Of a stretch of 64,000 nucleotides of DNA, positions 62,926 to 64,000 are shown in pieces. A program made the position numbers and the translations under genes. Source of the DNA: the human T2T-CHM13v2.0 reference genome, Homo sapiens. The stretch's first letter is position 1, and each line of letters begins with the position of its first letter. Location: the NCBI RefSeq assembly GCF_009914755.1, contig NC_060947.1; one strand, 5' to 3'. The notes beneath the pieces were generated by a model. The model ran no database searches. It was not told the DNA's origin and worked only from the letters and a program-made list of their open reading frames with translations.

Positions 62926-64000
62926 TGGCTCATGATGTAATATATCAGGCCTACTCTTCTATTAATCTGGTTTCTAACTAAGACATCCCAAAACCTCTAC
63001 CCCCAACCCTTACCTAACACCCCCCACTTCCCTCACCCTCCCTATACCCCTTAAAACTGATCTTAATGATGCTATCTGCAGATTTCTCACCTTAATGAAG
63101 GGCAGACAGGTGACACAGGGCAGGGACCTGTGGCAACTGGCATCCTTCTGTGTCCTTGGAGGCAGCCCTATGGCAAGGCTTGGAGCCATTGCCTCCTTTG
63201 ATCTCTACCCACATGCACATTTCCTGCTGCTTCCCAAAGGTATTCCAAGATGGTGTCACTGACAGTGAGAAGAGGTAGTTGAGGATACTGCTGCAATCCA
63301 CCTCTCCCCCGACTGCAGCATAGTACTTTGGGTTTCTCAAGCTATTCCCTTGGAGGTGATAGTCAAAAATGCCTTTTAAGACATATGCTTAGAATTTGAC
63401 AAACAAAACAAGTTATTTCAAAGTAGTCACCAGAAATTCAAAGCATTCAACCTGTCAACAAAGATCCTTCCTCACTTTGCAAATGATTGGCAATTTGAGA
63501 CTGGAGACCCAGCCAGTGAATCTGTGCTGTAGAAGAAATAAACACTAAGCTGATTGGTCTTACTAAATGCAAGCAAGCTGTGTTCATGGCTACACACAAA
63601 CCATGGAAGTCTGCATATAGCACCCCATGCAACTCTCCATCAAGGCCTCTGATGGTCTAATTCCCTAAGAGAGAGGAAGTTGCGCATCACTCAGTTAATG
63701 TACTCTCCCAGCATCTGAAAGCAATATATTAATTATCCAAATGCATAAATTACTCCAGAGCATATATATGAATGTATGAACCTCCAGGAGGGAACCAAAA
63801 GAATCCATTTCCAAAGCACCACTGAAATGAAGACAAACACAATTCCCTGGGGCAGGGTAGCTGGGAAACTGGAAGAAAAAATTAGCTCCAGTACCCTTCT
63901 GCACCCCAAAACTCCCTACCTTTTTTCCAGCTTACATAGCTCCTGAAACTATTCCCTTTTGTAAGCCTGAGGTGAGTGCTTTCTCCAGCTGCTGCACAGG

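Overview
Primate (human-like) genomic DNA. It is transposon-dense, looks intergenic or intronic, and contains no intact protein-coding gene, RNA gene or CRISPR array that I can support. The main feature is a full-length but inactivated young LINE-1 (L1PA2-like, 4472-10536, +) whose two flanks do not form a target-site duplication (TSD). There is also a twin-primed, 5'-inverted L1PA5/6-like insertion (35295-36757), about 15 Alu/FLAM copies (one AluY nested in an AluJ), solo LTRs (LTR8-like, MER57A1-like, LTR54/56-like, LTR47-like, MST and MLT1), DNA-transposon fossils (MER63A, MER3, MER46C, MER58B, MER44B, MER5, Zaphod-like), and many old L2, MIR, L3 and L1M fragments. Structures that repeats do not explain: a degenerate ~102-bp tandem array with A-B-A-B organisation (10715-11190); a complex local templated-duplication cluster (51587-53360); an L2/MIR tail-to-tail hairpin with miR-95/421-type architecture (32125-32193); candidate exons, including an in-frame spliceable pair at 937-1279; two promoter-like motif clusters; and a possible minus-strand 3' end at ~60755 in a repeat-poor block. 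Repeat family names come from my recall of consensus sequences, not from a RepeatMasker run, and boundaries of old repeats are approximate. I found no evidence for a wholly new biological system; the findings are leads to test.
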